A stretch of DNA of 64,000 nt, from assembly GCA_051294375.1 (NCBI GenBank), contig CM119263.1, forward strand, positions 25,511,367 through 25,575,366. The letters run 5' to 3'. Made by a program: the position numbers and the translations under genes. Positions 34,601 to 47,935 of the stretch are shown one piece after another. Position 1 is the stretch's first letter, and each line of letters starts with the position of its first letter. Source of the DNA: Paraspadella gotoi. Its lineage: Eukaryota; Animalia; Chaetognatha. The notes under the pieces are model-generated. The model saw only the letters and a program-made list of their open reading frames with translations, did not search any database and had not been told where the DNA came from.

Positions 34601-37600
34601 ACAAAAACTCGCTGTCGATCACCGAAAATCTAAATTTGAAGCTCAACAAAGTCAAATAATGCTCGAGTAGGATGGATTTAAACGTAAATGCATACAAATT
34701 CGGTCAAAATGACTGCTTCCACTCTTACCACATGTGCTCTGCAATATGCGTTTTCGTCATTCGCTTTTTTATTGTAATACTAGGTACGAAAATTCATCTA
34801 AAATAAATTTCATTTCCAAAAATAATTCGTTCCTTCTTCAATTGTTATCAAACTCGCACCAGGTACTTTAGGCAATTGTCTTTCCTTCATATTTTGGTAC
34901 GGTCGAATCTCTCCACTGCCAAGCCGAACTCAAGGAAACATAAGAAAATCTGAGATTGAAGTTAAAACGAGACTAGCTTTAAGTCGAACTTCCATCATAT
35001 CATCTAACGCAAACAGAAAAGCGAGCCTTTTCGCGACAAGTACATCAACCTATTTTTGTTCTTTGGCGATCACAGGTGAGTAATTCAACATTTTCAAATG
35101 GTGATATTTCGTATTTGAATTGTATTTTATATGCAATAAAAGATACCGGCTGTCTTTGGTCATACCTAATATGGAAGTTCTTATCTGAACCGCCTTCGAT
35201 AGGGTTTCAGGGAAGTTGTGGTCATGAAAATTCGTATTTGATTCTGTGCCAGGTATGATCAAGCCTCAGGGTCTCTTTATAACTAAGGTGTTTATAAGTC
35301 ATAGTTAAATCTATTTTTAGTTCATTCATGCTGCCGAAATGTTCTTCGCCATCGTGTCGTCACTGATCCTAGTCGCTATTAATATTGACAGAACAATCTT
35401 TGTCGCTGCACCTTTTTGGTAATTCAGCTTTCAACTTTCCATAAAAATATGACTTTTTCTTTGAATGATTTTCAAATAACTTCAGGTCTTTAGAGGTCTG
35501 TAATGCAAAAAACGCAAAAAGAGCTATTTTAAGTATCATAGTTAGCGCAATGGCGTTAAGTATATATCCATCATTAGCGGTCTCCGAACAAAATGTAAGT
35601 TCAGGAATCAAACAAGAACGGTAATTCAAATTTGTTGCGCCGCAGTGACTGCGTTATCTAGTGTATTTTTCGTGACATAACATGACGTTTTTTCTTTTTA
35701 GTTTTAGTATTTCCTGAAGGCGGCGCAAGCAGCCCCTTAGATTTTGTTTTTTTTCTGTCTTAACAAAAGAGCAACCAACTTTAAATAAAATTTATGCATT
35801 ATAAGTTTTTAGCGTAAGTAGGACAGACCGACGGACAGACATACCGACCGATCGACAAGTTACTTATAGAGTTGCTCCGCGAGTACTCGCGGCGTAACTA
35901 AAAAGTTAAACAAGCATTGTTAAGCTCGCCAAGAATTTATCAACAGATAAGTAACACAAGTGTTATTTGCGTTCGTCCTGGGGATACATTTGCCATGTTA
36001 AATGAGTCTGAAACTTCGACATCCATTTCAAATTTCAAACCATCAGAGGGCAACCAATATTCATATTATTCTTTGAACAACAAAATCGCCATCATTCTCA
36101 TTCATGTCAACTTTCTTGGTTTCTACTCGATAATACCTGCAACCATGATTCTGATTCTAAATTGGAGAATCATTCTCAGGTAAGAGTATCTTTTTAATTA
36201 ATATATTTCAAAGTCAAAAACTTGCCTAAGGATTATAAATCAAGTGTATGGTCAATTTACTACGACTAATAAAAAGTTAGATCTATGAACTGAATTTACT
36301 GTTGTGACTGATGTATCAATGAGCTTAAGATTTCTAATTTGAAAGAAGCTTTCACATTAATATAAATCATATTCCAGGAAATGATTGTTTTACATAATTC
36401 TTTAAATCTGGGGATCAGATATAAGAAAATTATTAAGCTTATACGTATTCTTTTAAAAAAATGTATTGTATTATTTCTTTTACCTTTTTCTGGCGTAGCC
36501 TAACTTCCAGAGAAACCGAGATGCTAAAAAAAATATCAGTCTACAAATCAACAGAACGGAGAAATCATCATCGACAAACAACAATCTATCTTGTTAGTAT
36601 CTCTGAAACCGAAAACCAAAACTGAATTACTATTCAATGTTCCATTTTCATCAGGTGAGTATTTCCATTGCATTTCTTGTGCTTGTTACGCCCTGGGCAA
36701 TAGTGAACTCTCTCGGTATGGAATTATTATTAATATTACTAATATTTTTCTTTTTATTATTCTTGTTATTTAACTCCATTAATTTAAGGAATGTTGATCA
36801 AAAACAATACGTCTTTAAGACTGGCCGCTGAGATTACGGATTTGATGGGGATTTCTAATTGTGGAATTAATTTTGCTCTGTATACTATCACTCCGGTAAT
36901 GAGGAGATATATTAAAGAAAAGATACGATATGACGTAAGAGTTATTAACAAGACAATACCTCTCAAAGAAAAAGAAAATTTCAATTATAAAATTATTACA
37001 ATTCTTTTATTTCCTAAGATATCAACTTTGAACCAAAGAAGGAAAAACTTGAACGTTCGCAGAGGGAATCATTCCTACGATGTCAAAGCGAATTTTAACA
37101 AAGAAGATGAAGCCGTTCAAATTATAAATATTTCTGTAATAAACACTTTATAACGTTTATGATACCCACATAGTCATGCTTTTTATTTCTTACTTATGTT
37201 ATATATACGTATATGTCATGTAAATAACTTTAAAGTGTATAAGCTAAAAGATTAAATTACCTGTGGAAATTCCGGAACCGAGGCCAGCGTCGTGCTTGGC
37301 TATAGTCTGTTTTAGAAGTGTCCTGAGAAGCGAGCGATCCATCGATGGCGACGGATCTTCCGAAGCTGCGTCTCCGGCGCCGAGGACCGGTCTCCCGAAG
37401 CCAACGCCGTCTCCGGACGGGTCAAGCTTCGAACGATCGTTAATCGGCGTTTGCGAGCCGATAACTCGAGCAGAGTCGCCGATATTCTCTCTAGTCGACG
37501 AAACCGAAAGCAAATCCTTCCATTTCGGAAGCAAAGATCGATCGCAGCTATCGTCCCTATCGCTGCCACCGCTTCTATCCGTGGTCGGTGTTGCGATGCT

Positions 37601-40600
37601 ACTGAAGCTGAAATAAGGCCATGAAGCAAATTGATTGGTTTTACAATTACTTTTTCAAATTTTAATACTCAGAGAGTATGTGAAAGAAACAAAAAATTGC
37701 TATCTCTGAAACCTATAAAATCTAAAATCTAAAAACGTATAGCCATAAAATATTTAATGTGGTAGGTAAGCAAAATCAGATCAAAGTAGGATTTTTTAAA
37801 ATGCCAATTAAAGTTTTATTAATTTTTTTACTAAAACTGAACTCGCTTATATATATAAAATTGTTTTGTAAATATGTAGCAATATGAAACGTAAATCTAT
37901 ATCCAAATTTTTAGCTTCCTATGGTTACACCCTTTTACAATTTCCAATGGTAAAAAAGCGTGACGACGACAACAACAGTCACGAAGAAGTATACTTTTAA
38001 GATTTTATAGGTTTCAAAGATGGCACTTTTTTTGTTCTTTGAGGTCCTGTCTGCCCTATGGTGTACTACCTTAGATAAGATTCATTAATACAAACATAAT
38101 ATAAGTACATGAGCAATTAGCTTTCCTTAAATATAATGTACTCGACACAAATTAAGAACTCACCCGCTAATGGAGCTTGAATTTGCACTTCTTTTGGATT
38201 TATCTACTGGTGTCGAAGTCTTTGATTCTGCAGGTTGTCGCCCAGGCCCGACAGTCAATGGCGTAACGGTGGATGCTGAGGGAATCGAACCTTTTGTAAA
38301 GGGCGTGGCTGGAGAAATGATCGTCACTTCCGGTGAGTTGGCATTTGCGTCGGCTATCCTCTTGGGTAATTGCCGCGGAGAACTTTCAACAGTCCGGATA
38401 GAGATTGGAATGGCTCGGGAAACGGCGCAGGTCGAAAATGAGGGAGTTGAAGAGGGGACCGACTTGGGAAGAGAGCCGTTTTGCACGATTGATGATGAAT
38501 CCGTTTTTGACAAGGCATCGTCACTAAATTTAACAAACTACAGTTTACGCAATATATACAACTAAAATCCACCAACCGTTTATCAGCGGCCATTGGTGCT
38601 GAAGGCAAGTCATTCGCCTACCAACCCAAAGGTCCGGGGTTCTAGCCCAGTGGTCGCCTAGAAGTTAAGAGGGACGGGGCGCTTAACCCGCCTGTAACAC
38701 GGTATTACAGCCTTATCCGAAACTCAGGGACTGCTTATAATGAGCGGTTCTGTCACTAACTCATAATAATTACTGCCTCTTCAGTGGACGTATTTAGGTT
38801 ATTTTTTTAGAAATACCTCGATAATTTTCCAGATTCCAGAGAAGACAGAGTTTCCGATCGAAGCAACTTCCATTTTTCGGCCGGAAGATTATGCCTCGAT
38901 GTCGAGAAAGCTTCAGAAATGGATTCCATATCTGACAGCAGAGCATTCGGTTCTGCAAGCGTATCCAGTGTGGACACTTCGCCAGTCCGATGAAGGATAC
39001 GTTTTTCGAATGGAGAGGTCAAAGGTTCTGCCTGAATCTTTGATATCAAAGAACTTGGCGGGTCAGCGGAGTGCAGGGTTTTCCAACGGTCTTGTAATTG
39101 TTGCGACAACTGTTGCTTCAACGCTTCTACTTGAACGAGTCTCTGCCTCAGATCCTCGTGGCGTCGCGTCCAAAATTCGTCTTCTGCGTAGCCAGAAGCC
39201 GCGTCAGACACGTTGACGACGGAAGTCTAATTTAAATCGAAAAAAATATTTAAAGTATAAGAATCATCGCAATCGCATAAAAAAATTATGGACCCATGAC
39301 AAACTTTTATACTCAAACAAAAAATAATATTTGTGTTTTATAATTAACAAACTCGGCTTAATATATTAAAAAAAAATAAATAAAAATGAAAGGAATGAAT
39401 AAAATGAAATGAAAGGAATCGAATTAAATGAATAAAATTTAACTTAATGAAAGAAATGAGATAAATAAATTGTATTGAGTGAATAAATTTAAATGTAAGA
39501 ATTGAATTAATTAAATTGACCGAATTTAATTGGTCTATTTTAATTGAAGAAATTGAAGGAATAAATGTGTAAGAGATAAATAGAAAATCTTAAAGTATAA
39601 TGATCTTGCCAGACGTTACTATCAAAGAAAATTAATGAAAAAATCTGAAAAAAAAACCGAATGATTGATGCGATAACGAATTATTTATGTAATAGTAATT
39701 TATTGATTTAATAGTAATTTATTGATTGATGTAATAGTAATTGATTAATTGATGTAATAGTAATTGATTAATTAATTTATGTAATAGTAATTGATTGATT
39801 TTTATAATACTAAATCGAATGTTTTGAAATAAAAATTGAATTCTAAATATAGTATCATAAATGGTAAAATTTTTTTTTTGGCATTGTTATTTCAAAAATA
39901 TTTAATAATACAATTCCCCACAATATGTACCCTTGGGACATACTATATATTATATAATTAAAAGAAAAAGAAAAAAATAAATTTGTTTTATTTATATAAA
40001 ATGTAAACAAACAAGATTTATTGCATCAACGCATCAATTTTTAAGGACCTTGATGATGAAAATATATATCTAAATTTTTAGCTTCATACAAACACAAATA
40101 ATACTAGAAAATGCGATCTATAATTTGGAATGCTGACGACGACGACGACCTCCACTGGGACCATCGTCACAAAAGGAATGATAAAATAAGTAAAAGAATA
40201 CGTAATCAAAGCATTCAAAATGATTAAATTAATGCCTAAAGTATTATCTCGTACAGAACGAGAAAAATACTCACCGAGTCGGAGAGATCTATGATTGCGT
40301 CCTCGCGCTCTTCTTCTAGGCACAATTCCTCTATTTTTCTAGAGAGGACCTCGAAACCATTTAAATTTTGAACATTGGATAAGCTAAGTTCGTCGAGGTT
40401 CGAAGGCTGTGGCGGACTTTCAAAACTCGATTCCTTTCGCGAGTCACGGAAGTCTGGTGTTGACAATGGAACGCTCTCGAAGGCCGGCGTGAAAAGGGGC
40501 AATGGAGACTCGGATTCGAAACGCACGGATTTAACTCCGATCTTTTCCTTTTCCTTTTGGGGCGCGGACAAAATAGAAGGACCAGCCATGGCGGAGAAAG

Positions 40601-43527
40601 TTTTAATGTTCGAAGACTTGGAATCCTCGGGAACCTGGTTAACTTGAGCTTCAATGCGGCGATTTAGTCGCAGCTGCCGCTCGACCAACTGAGACTTAGC
40701 GCGCTCGAACTGCCGTAAGCTAGTCTGGTGGCGCCTGATCAAGTCCCGTTGGTAAGCACGAACACCAATCAGCCAGGAGGGCGTTTCTTCGTCACTGGCG
40801 TCAGTCGTTGAAGGCTCTTCTTCAACATCATCGATAGAAGACAAAAAGTTTCTGTTTAGCAAGTTGTCGTTGTTGTTGCCGTCAATCTTTTCCAAGTTTT
40901 TTTCTATTTCTTTTCCCATTGATGGAACCTCGATAGCTTCGTTAGTTTCATCCAGTCTTAGAGGTTCCTCCTCCATCAACTTTTCGGCGGGATCTTCGAC
41001 GAATTCGCTTTGTGTCTCCTCAGATTTTAAAGGGCTAACATTATCCAAGTCAGACTGTACGTCGCTGGACAAGTTGGATGACGATGGTTCGCTTCTACTT
41101 TCGGTGTTTGCTTCGCCGTAAGCGATTGGGATCTCGAAACGAGTTTTGTTGTCCGACTTATCTTCCACAATCGGCGTCGAGACGCGTTCCTCCTTTTCCA
41201 CGCAATGCGTTGCCGAATTTTCCGTGGTTACAGCCTTTTCAGCGGCCAAATCGTTCATAGTCGAATTATTGAAGGATGTCGACGCAGGTGGGGCAAATGT
41301 CGACGTTGACTCATCGAGATTAGAGGTTTCTCCGATCGATCGCCGCCATTCGATACGTTGATCGACGATCCGCGTAAGAAGGTTGTTCAAGTCAAGACGA
41401 TCTTTCGCCATCTTTGTTATATTTACGGGGTCCTCCATGCGGGTAGAGCTGAAATATCAACGTTTTTTCACTCAATTTTTTTCAACTTTTTCACGAGTTT
41501 AAATCATGTTACTTACTCAGAATATATAACTGATGACTCATTTTCCCCCTCAATATCGTCGTAGAGAAGAATCGACTCATCTGGTTTCAGTCGGTGCTCG
41601 GCGTTTCGCAGCAACGCATCCTCAAAAGCATGCTCCGCCGCCAGCTCCAATTGTTCACGCTTGGCGAGAATTTGGTTCACCGGTAAAACGATTTCGGGTG
41701 CCATCTGAAAATATCACAAATAGTTCGGCGGAAAATAAAATCGGAAAATAAAATCGCATAAAAAAAATCGTGGACCCATAACAAACTTTAATAAGAAATT
41801 GAATGAATAAAGAGATAAAGAGATAAAGAAAAAAAAAGGGGAAAAGATGGTAAAATGATAACATGCGCGACTGCGATGCTTAACATCACCAATCAATATG
41901 AAATTTGGATATATATAAATGATTTAGGTTTTTACTACAAAAAAAAAAATCTTTCAGATTAAAAAACAAGGTTGCAAATGACGATTTTTTTTAGCGGCGG
42001 GGTGTCGCGTGTCACCTGGTATTTGGACAATCGTTACAAAAGTAAAAGTAAAACGAAGTTCCTTCACAATCGACCTCGGGATTACCTCGTGTAAATTAGC
42101 TCCTCTTCGTCTCCGATCATGCAGAAGCAGCTCGTCCAAATTCTCCAAGATATCTTTGCTCTCGCGTTCCGTAACAGCTTTGTTAAGCGCCGCACGTCCT
42201 CTTTCCCGAGCGCGCTCCAAAAGCTCAATAACTTCGCGCCCTCGATCCGCTGCTCTTGCGGACACCGCATCAGAAACATCTCGAGCTTCAGAGACCGCGG
42301 TTCCAACAGGGTCAGCTGAAAAAATACGGAAGTTGAACTTAACAATGTTCGTTTAGTCAAGGATCCTCTCCTCCTACCTTTTTCAATTAGACAGGATCCA
42401 AATTGTTTTTCGGATTGAATTTGTGGACACGGAAGTCTTGCGTCGGTCAACACGACCGGAGAGATTTCGGGTTGGTTTATAATTTCGGGCTCGATTTGCG
42501 CTGTAAAGGTATGAAGACTATGAAACATTTGGTTTTTCAAAAGACGCTAAAACCGCAGTCGGCGAAAGTAAAATTTAGCCAATAATTTTGCCCAAAATTA
42601 CAGATGTTACAAGCTGCAGTCATTCTGGCCGAAATGAGTTAAACCTGTTGGGCCGAAATTTTTACCGACGCTATAACGGGTATAACTACCCGTACCCAGG
42701 TACCCATCGAAAATTAAGAGGATAATAACCCAGAGCGCATGCAATAAGATCATACTTGCTGGCAAGGCGGCCACTCTCTTCGCTCTCTCCTTTTCTTTTT
42801 TCTTGACTTTTTCGCGGATGTCATTTTTTCTAGAGACTTGTTCATTTTCAGCCTTCCTTTTTTCACTAATTTTACGCAAAGCTTCTTTTCCACGGTCCTC
42901 TACGTTTGAGTCACACAATGGTGTTTCCGTAATCAGAAATTCGTTCTGAAAAAAAAATAATTTTTTTGTCAAAGTATAAAAAAATAAAAACCGAATCACA
43001 ACTTTAATATACCACGGTAAAGGCCAGATGATGTGCGTGTCCTAACTCTGATGCGCAAAGCCGTAATTCGGCTTCTTTTACTTTCAATTCTTTCTGCGTT
43101 TTTTCTACCCATTCTGCACGAAGGTTCGCGGCCAAGTTTCGCTCCTGAACAGTGAAAAGTTACCAAGCAAAAAATCAAAGATCATGATATAGGGCGATCC
43201 CGGAGTTGAATACGCTCTGGAGGCTTATGGGAAAACGAAGAAAAAGTTCGTTTCTTTACGGAAAAGAAAATTTAAGACTAACAACGTTAAAAACGTTGAT
43301 AAGCTTCACGGGCGAAGGATTTCTTTTTTTTTAATATTATTATTTATAGTATTTATTTTTTTCGTTGCCTGCTCTACTTTCTCCTTCTTGACGGCCTCTC
43401 TGACTCGCTGAGCTTGATCTTTCGCTTGTTGACGGACTTGTTGAAGACGGAGGCGTCGTAAGCGAGAACGCTCTGCCCTTAAGGCTTCGTCACGTTCCGT
43501 CGATGTAAGGTAATATTTTTGAACCAT
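31611..43527 (-). CDS. CEP295: CEP295/Ana1-like centriolar protein (about 16 exons)
   Basis: N-terminus ERDEALRAERSRLRRLRLQQVRQQAKDQAQRVRE matches the conserved CEP295/Ana1 N-terminal motif. C-terminus EMKKRTNRLVQQLEEVKKK...|EFEEKNRERAKEFQAKL...* matches an ALMS-type motif. The long low-complexity middle is spread over ORFs at 40236-41438, 38807-39211, 38160-38513, 37244-37534, 33015-33792 and 31748-32723. Confidence 0.8.
34672..37153 (+). CDS. Class A (rhodopsin-like) peptide-type GPCR nested antisense in a CEP295 intron
   Basis: Small exons give TM1 GTLGN, TM2 STYFCSLAITD, TM3 LILVAINIDRT (DRY variant), TM5 FYSIIPATMILILNWRII, TM6 VSISIAFLVLVTPW and TM7 SNCGINFALY. Splice junctions are GT-AG; the junction before TM6 is not resolved. 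Confidence 0.85.
35611..35899 (-). mobile_element. HINE-like family 2 copy inside an intron of the nested GPCR
   Basis: AACAAGAACGGTAATTC...GTTGCGCCGCAGTGACT at the left and AGTTGCTCCGCGAGTACTCGCGGCGTAACT at the right. Confidence 0.68.
38586..38771 (+). mobile_element. tRNA(Gly)-derived SINE-like element
   Basis: Head GCGGCCA...TGGTCGC (38586-38657) can form an acceptor stem. It has a B-box-like GGTTCTAGCCC and a tRNA-Gly-like TCGCCTACCA loop, but a broken anticodon stem. An unrelated body and a short (ATA)n tail follow. Confidence 0.55.
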
Positions 43528-44149
43528 GTTTCAGCAACCGAATTGGTTTATATAAACGTGTACATTTTTAGCGTTTCTCTCTAAGAAATGTTTTAACTGG
43601 TGCCTTTAGCACCCTTTTTCTGTTTTCGTTTTACTGGTCTAAACAAAACTGGTGTATGAGATAATATCATAATTTGCTTAAAAGTTTTTTTCTGAAAAGG
43701 AAAGAGTGGATAAAGCTTCGAAACGAACAAGTGAAGCAATTGTGAAGATTAAGATTTGTCGATATGACGATAATTGTGACAAGCACTCGTAAGTTACGTT
43801 CTGAAAGGAAAAAGGAAAACAACAATGTTACTAATTCTGAGGAATTAGACGTCAAGCAATTGTATAGTCAACATTGAAACAAAATACAAAAATGAGAATG
43901 AGAGCAAAGAGCTTTCATGTGAGATGGAAGCGAGCAGAGAATTTTTAATTTAGTTTTGAGTAATTGAATGTTCTTGGAAAATTATACGAGTTGTAAAAGT
44001 TTTTTGAATCAACGACTTTTTCATGCAAGAATATCTTGTTCTTTTTTGTTAGTTGCGTCTGCTGTATTTTCACGACCTCTAGCCGGTTCCCATGTAAAGA
44101 CAAAAGGGAGAAACAAAAGCAAGGTGAGCCCAATTACAAATTTTATTAT

Positions 44150-44365
44150 GAAAAATTGCAAGATTATTTCTTTTACTATATAATTATATTCGACTAAATT
44201 GGATTAAATTTAAAAATGAATGTAAAAGTTTAATATGTTTCACTATATATTAGATTTAATCATTAATTCTTTTATATTTGTTCTTATATTTGTTCTTTAT
44301 ATGCTTTTATAATGTAATAGGGAGAGTGATGTTAGTGTTGTCTTCTGGAATTAGAGGGAGCATTT
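44150..44365 (-). repeat. Unclassified AT-rich dispersed repeat (also 2624-2805 -, 11484-11655 +, 26640-26815 +)
   Basis: Shared CCCTCTATTTCCAGAAGACAACACTAAC block and distal ATAGTGAAACAAGTAATCTTG-like block. Confidence 0.7.
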
Positions 44366-44582
44366 ATACAACACAAGGTTAAAAGTTACTTTCTGCCCTC
44401 GTTTTTTAATTAGATAATAGACATTCTTGTTAAGAAATCATTTATTAAAAATTCAAAATATTTAAAAGTCTGAACAAAAAGGGGTGGAGGGAATAATTTG
44501 TTATGGGATTAAAGTTATTTATGATTCATTCTTGATCAGGGTTAAGCCTACAGAGTAGAATTGTATGTTCAGAAAATCTTAG

Positions 44583-44700
44583 AAGTATAAGGATCGTCGC
44601 AATCGCATAAAAAAATTATGGACCCATTACAAACTTTGATACAGGAAAACTAAGCTTTATACATAAAAAACTCGGCTTAATATATGAAAAATAAATAAAA
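44583..44700 (+). repeat. Short dispersed repeat (also 39253-39370 and partial 41750-41790)
   Basis: Shared ATCGCATAAAAAAATTATGGACCCAT.ACAAACTTT. Confidence 0.65.
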
Positions 44701-44714
44701 ATTATATGATGCTT

Positions 44715-44999
44715 GTGCGGAGTACAATATAGTATTCCCGATCTAATACTTAAGGTAGTGGTCCTTTTATTCTTTGAAATATTATACCACTTCATTGATA
44801 GGGAAGACAGGTTCACTGGGAGTGAATAAACAAGACTGTGAGAGAGTCTTGATTAAAAGCTTGCAGAAACCTGCTATATAATTATCATGTAAGTGTGATA
44901 AAGGCCTTAAACCACCAAAGCCTGTCCAAAGTCAGGGACAAGATAGCTCATTTATTAAATGAATGGATAATTTTTATATTGGTTGTACCAATTTCATAT
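44715..44999 (+). repeat. Unclassified dispersed repeat (also 5107-5281 -, 15575-15835 +, 23625-23825 -, fragments near 16945-17175 and 25408-25447)
   Basis: Shared CAAAGCCTGTCCAAAGTCAGGG.CAAGATAGC and AATGAATGGATAATTTTTATATTGGTTGTACCAATTTCATA blocks. Confidence 0.8.
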
Positions 45000-45113
45000 G
45001 AATAAAATAAAATGAATTAAATGAAATAAATCAAATGAAAGGACAACAAGTAGTAGAACAACAATTTTTTCTCTTGCTGTTGACCGAACGACCACAATCG
45101 ACTACAACAACAG

Positions 45114-45800
45114 ACGACGACCACAACACCCACTTTATCGTCCTACCCACTTCCTCCCGAGGGCTGGGACCGCGTCTTCCTGGTTTGGCCTCTGCTTCTC
45201 TGCCATGAGATCGACGAGGCATCGCCCTTTTAGAATCTCTCGTCGAATTCGCTGCTGGAGGAACACTTCGAACTCGTCGTCATCTTGGAGGGAATCCTGG
45301 AGTCAACGGGGATGACGGCGCAGGTAAAGATTTGATTGAATGAATCATTGATTGGTTGATTGATCGATTTATTGAATGATTGATTGATTGATTGATCGAT
45401 TGATCGATCGTTAATCCCTTCGCAGGCGAGATCATCGTATCTGCCCAACGAAATTCTGTGGGGCCATCGATTCAAGAGACTGACGTCTTTTCACGTTGTA
45501 AAATTTTAATAATTTTATTGATTGACCGATTGCTTTATTGATTGATCGATTGATTCTCCCATTAGGACCACTACCGCATCGACTATGCCCGTTTCCATTG
45601 CACGGTTCCCGTCTCGATGCCGCGCATCTCCGCCGCCGAATACAAGCGAATGGAGACAATTAAGAGAGCGACGACGACGACCACGAAGAAGACAAAAGAC
45701 AACGACGACATGGCCGTGGCGTTGGCAGCGCCGCCAATGGGAGCTGAAAAGAAGTTGAGAATCGAGCGAAAGTCGACGACGAGCAGCGGCTTCGTCTTTG
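45114..45800 (+). pseudogene. Orphan C-terminal fragment of an inward-rectifier K+ channel (Kir) with an in-frame TAG
   Basis: Exons 45114-45323, 45426-45497 and 45566-~45800 read [69 protein letters not shown]...|DHYRIDYARFH. This is the Kir cytoplasmic domain signature. TAG lies at 45231-45233; no pore or TM exons are visible upstream. Confidence 0.8.
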
Positions 45801-45810
45801 TCGTCGTTAG

Positions 45811-45814
<4 letters not shown>

Positions 45815-45849
<35 letters not shown>

Positions 45850-46425
45850 GGTCCCACCTTAGCAAAAAGCTCCAGTAACTCGTGATTGGGTGGATGGATT
45901 GGAATGAAATTTTGTGTGTGGGTAGGAAAGTGTGTGATGAAGATGGGTATAAAGTTTCGATGGAATCGTTCGAGTAGAAATTAGTTTAAATGGAAAAAAC
46001 ATAAGTAGCATTTACTAAAATATTTTTACTTATTTTAACCAATAATTACTCTAATTAATCATAATTGGATGGATAGATTGAGTTGAAATTTTGTGTGTGG
46101 GTAAGAAAGTGTGTGACGAAGCTTGATATAAAGTTTCGGTGGAAACGTGCAAGTGGAAATGAGTTTAAATGAAAAAATATGAGTCACATTTACTTGAATC
46201 TTTTTACTTATTTTAACCCATAATTACTCGAATTAATCAGAATTTAATTAATAGATTGAGATGAAATTTTGTGTGCGGGTAGGAAAGTGTGTGAAGAGGC
46301 TAGATATAAAGTTTTGACGGAATCGTGCCAGTGGAAATGAGTTTAAATGGAAAAAAAAGTCATATTTACTTGAATCTTTATTATTTATGATTACTAATAA
46401 ATGTTTTAATTAATTAATTAATTAA
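45815..46425 (+). mobile_element. HINE-like family 1 internal fragment with three tandem ~180-bp central repeats
   Basis: (GTCT)n followed by CCCACCTTAGCAAAAA and three repeats of GAAATTTTGTGTGTGGGTAGGAAAGTGTG...GGAAATGAGTTTAAATG. Confidence 0.65.
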
Positions 46426-46435
46426 TGTGAAAAAA

Positions 46436-46670
46436 TGTTGCAATTTAAAAAAATTATGCAAGTTGAAAAAATGACGCAAGTTAAAAAAAGTGATGCAAGT
46501 TAAAAAAAAGAAGCAAGTTAAAAAAATGATGCAAGTTGAAAAAATGATTCAAATTGTAAAAATGATGCAAATTGAAAAATTGATGTGAGTTGAAAAAATG
46601 ATGTGAGTGGAAAAAATGATGTGAGTGGAAAAAAATGATGCAAGTTGAAAAAATGATACGAGTTAAAAAA
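46436..46670. repeat. Minisatellite with an ~18-19-bp unit GATGCAAGTTGAAAAAAT
   Basis: About a dozen imperfect tandem copies. Confidence 0.85.
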
Positions 46671-46881
46671 ACTTTTAAAAAATATTGTGCAAAAAAATCT
46701 TAGAAAAAACTGTTTTGAAATTTTAACATTTATTGATTTAGTACTAGTATAAATATGGCCTATTGCGTAAATTGTAAAATCTATTATAAATTATTTTATT
46801 ACATAAATTTTCATTAGTATAATGTTGTTCGTTCCTCACTTTTAGAATTTTATTAAAGTTAAATTTAGAAATTTTACTAAG

Positions 46882-46938
<57 letters not shown>

Positions 46939-47935
46939 CCGACCCAACAAGTCTTTCCGCGTCACCCCAACCTTCTCCACCTCCCCATCGTCCCCCACCC
47001 CCCCAACCCTCTCAACAAAAATTCCCGGTCTTCCTTTGGCCCCATCTAGGCACGCGGCGTCGCGGCGTCGGCGCCACCCGCCCCTTCTTCCGGACGTCAG
47101 TTCCGGCCGGCGCTTCCATAAAAACCGTCTTTGTTTTCGGCCACGCGCAAAGATTCACGCAGTCACGCCCCCCTGACATCGCACACTCAGCGTCAAACCC
47201 CACCATCACGTCTACCCCATCTTTATCCCCCTAATAAGACCGCTAAACCCCATCGATGCTCTTTTTTTTGTTCACTCAAGCGAGAGATTCATTAATCCTC
47301 TTCTCTTCGACCTCCCACCAACTAAGCCTAAGGCTGACTGGCCTTTGGTTAGTCTATAGACTATACTCACCATTATTCCCCAAAAAAATGGAGAGAGAGA
47401 GAGAGAGGGGGGGAGAGATAGAGATATAACTATAAATTCATACATGTAAATATATGAATAAAAGTTTTTTTACATAATTCTTGGCTGCCATCATCTTTCT
47501 CACTTAGAATGGGCTTAGGAGTCTGACCATGCCAATTTTTTCAATTAATACATTTTTGGCAAAAATAACGGTCTATGTTTTGCCTCATGATTTTGGTTTT
47601 CGAACAATTTACTTTTCATTTACATACTTTCCCAGAATCATTGTTAATTTGTTAAATTCCGATTCTACAGATTACGAAATCATCGAATAGCTCTACCTCG
47701 CGGAAAAAATGTAGATTTATAAAAAACAAAAGACACATGAACAAGTTTGATAATTATAAACTTCCTCGCACTCCTGAATCGATTAAAAAAGTTTGAGTGA
47801 CTAATAAAAATAGGTCAATTTTCACTGACAGCAAAAACCGCAAAAAAGCATGACGAAGCAGAAAAAATTAAAACCAGTTTTTATAAATTTGGAATATGGT
47901 GATATAAATCCTTTCTCTTTCGATGTTTGAAGTAG

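Noticed and set aside
38586-38657. Functional tRNA-Gly gene
   Set aside because: The anticodon stem does not pair, the T-loop is non-canonical and there is no downstream T-run terminator; better explained as a SINE head.
45231-45233. Genome-wide TAG reassignment (alternative genetic code)
   Set aside because: No other gene needs TAG read-through, and the CEP295-like gene appears to end at a TAG (31611-31613).
46436-46670. Regularly spaced GATGCAAGTTGAAAAAA units, superficially CRISPR-like
   Set aside because: The units are directly adjacent with no unique spacers, in a eukaryotic context with no cas genes; this is a minisatellite.
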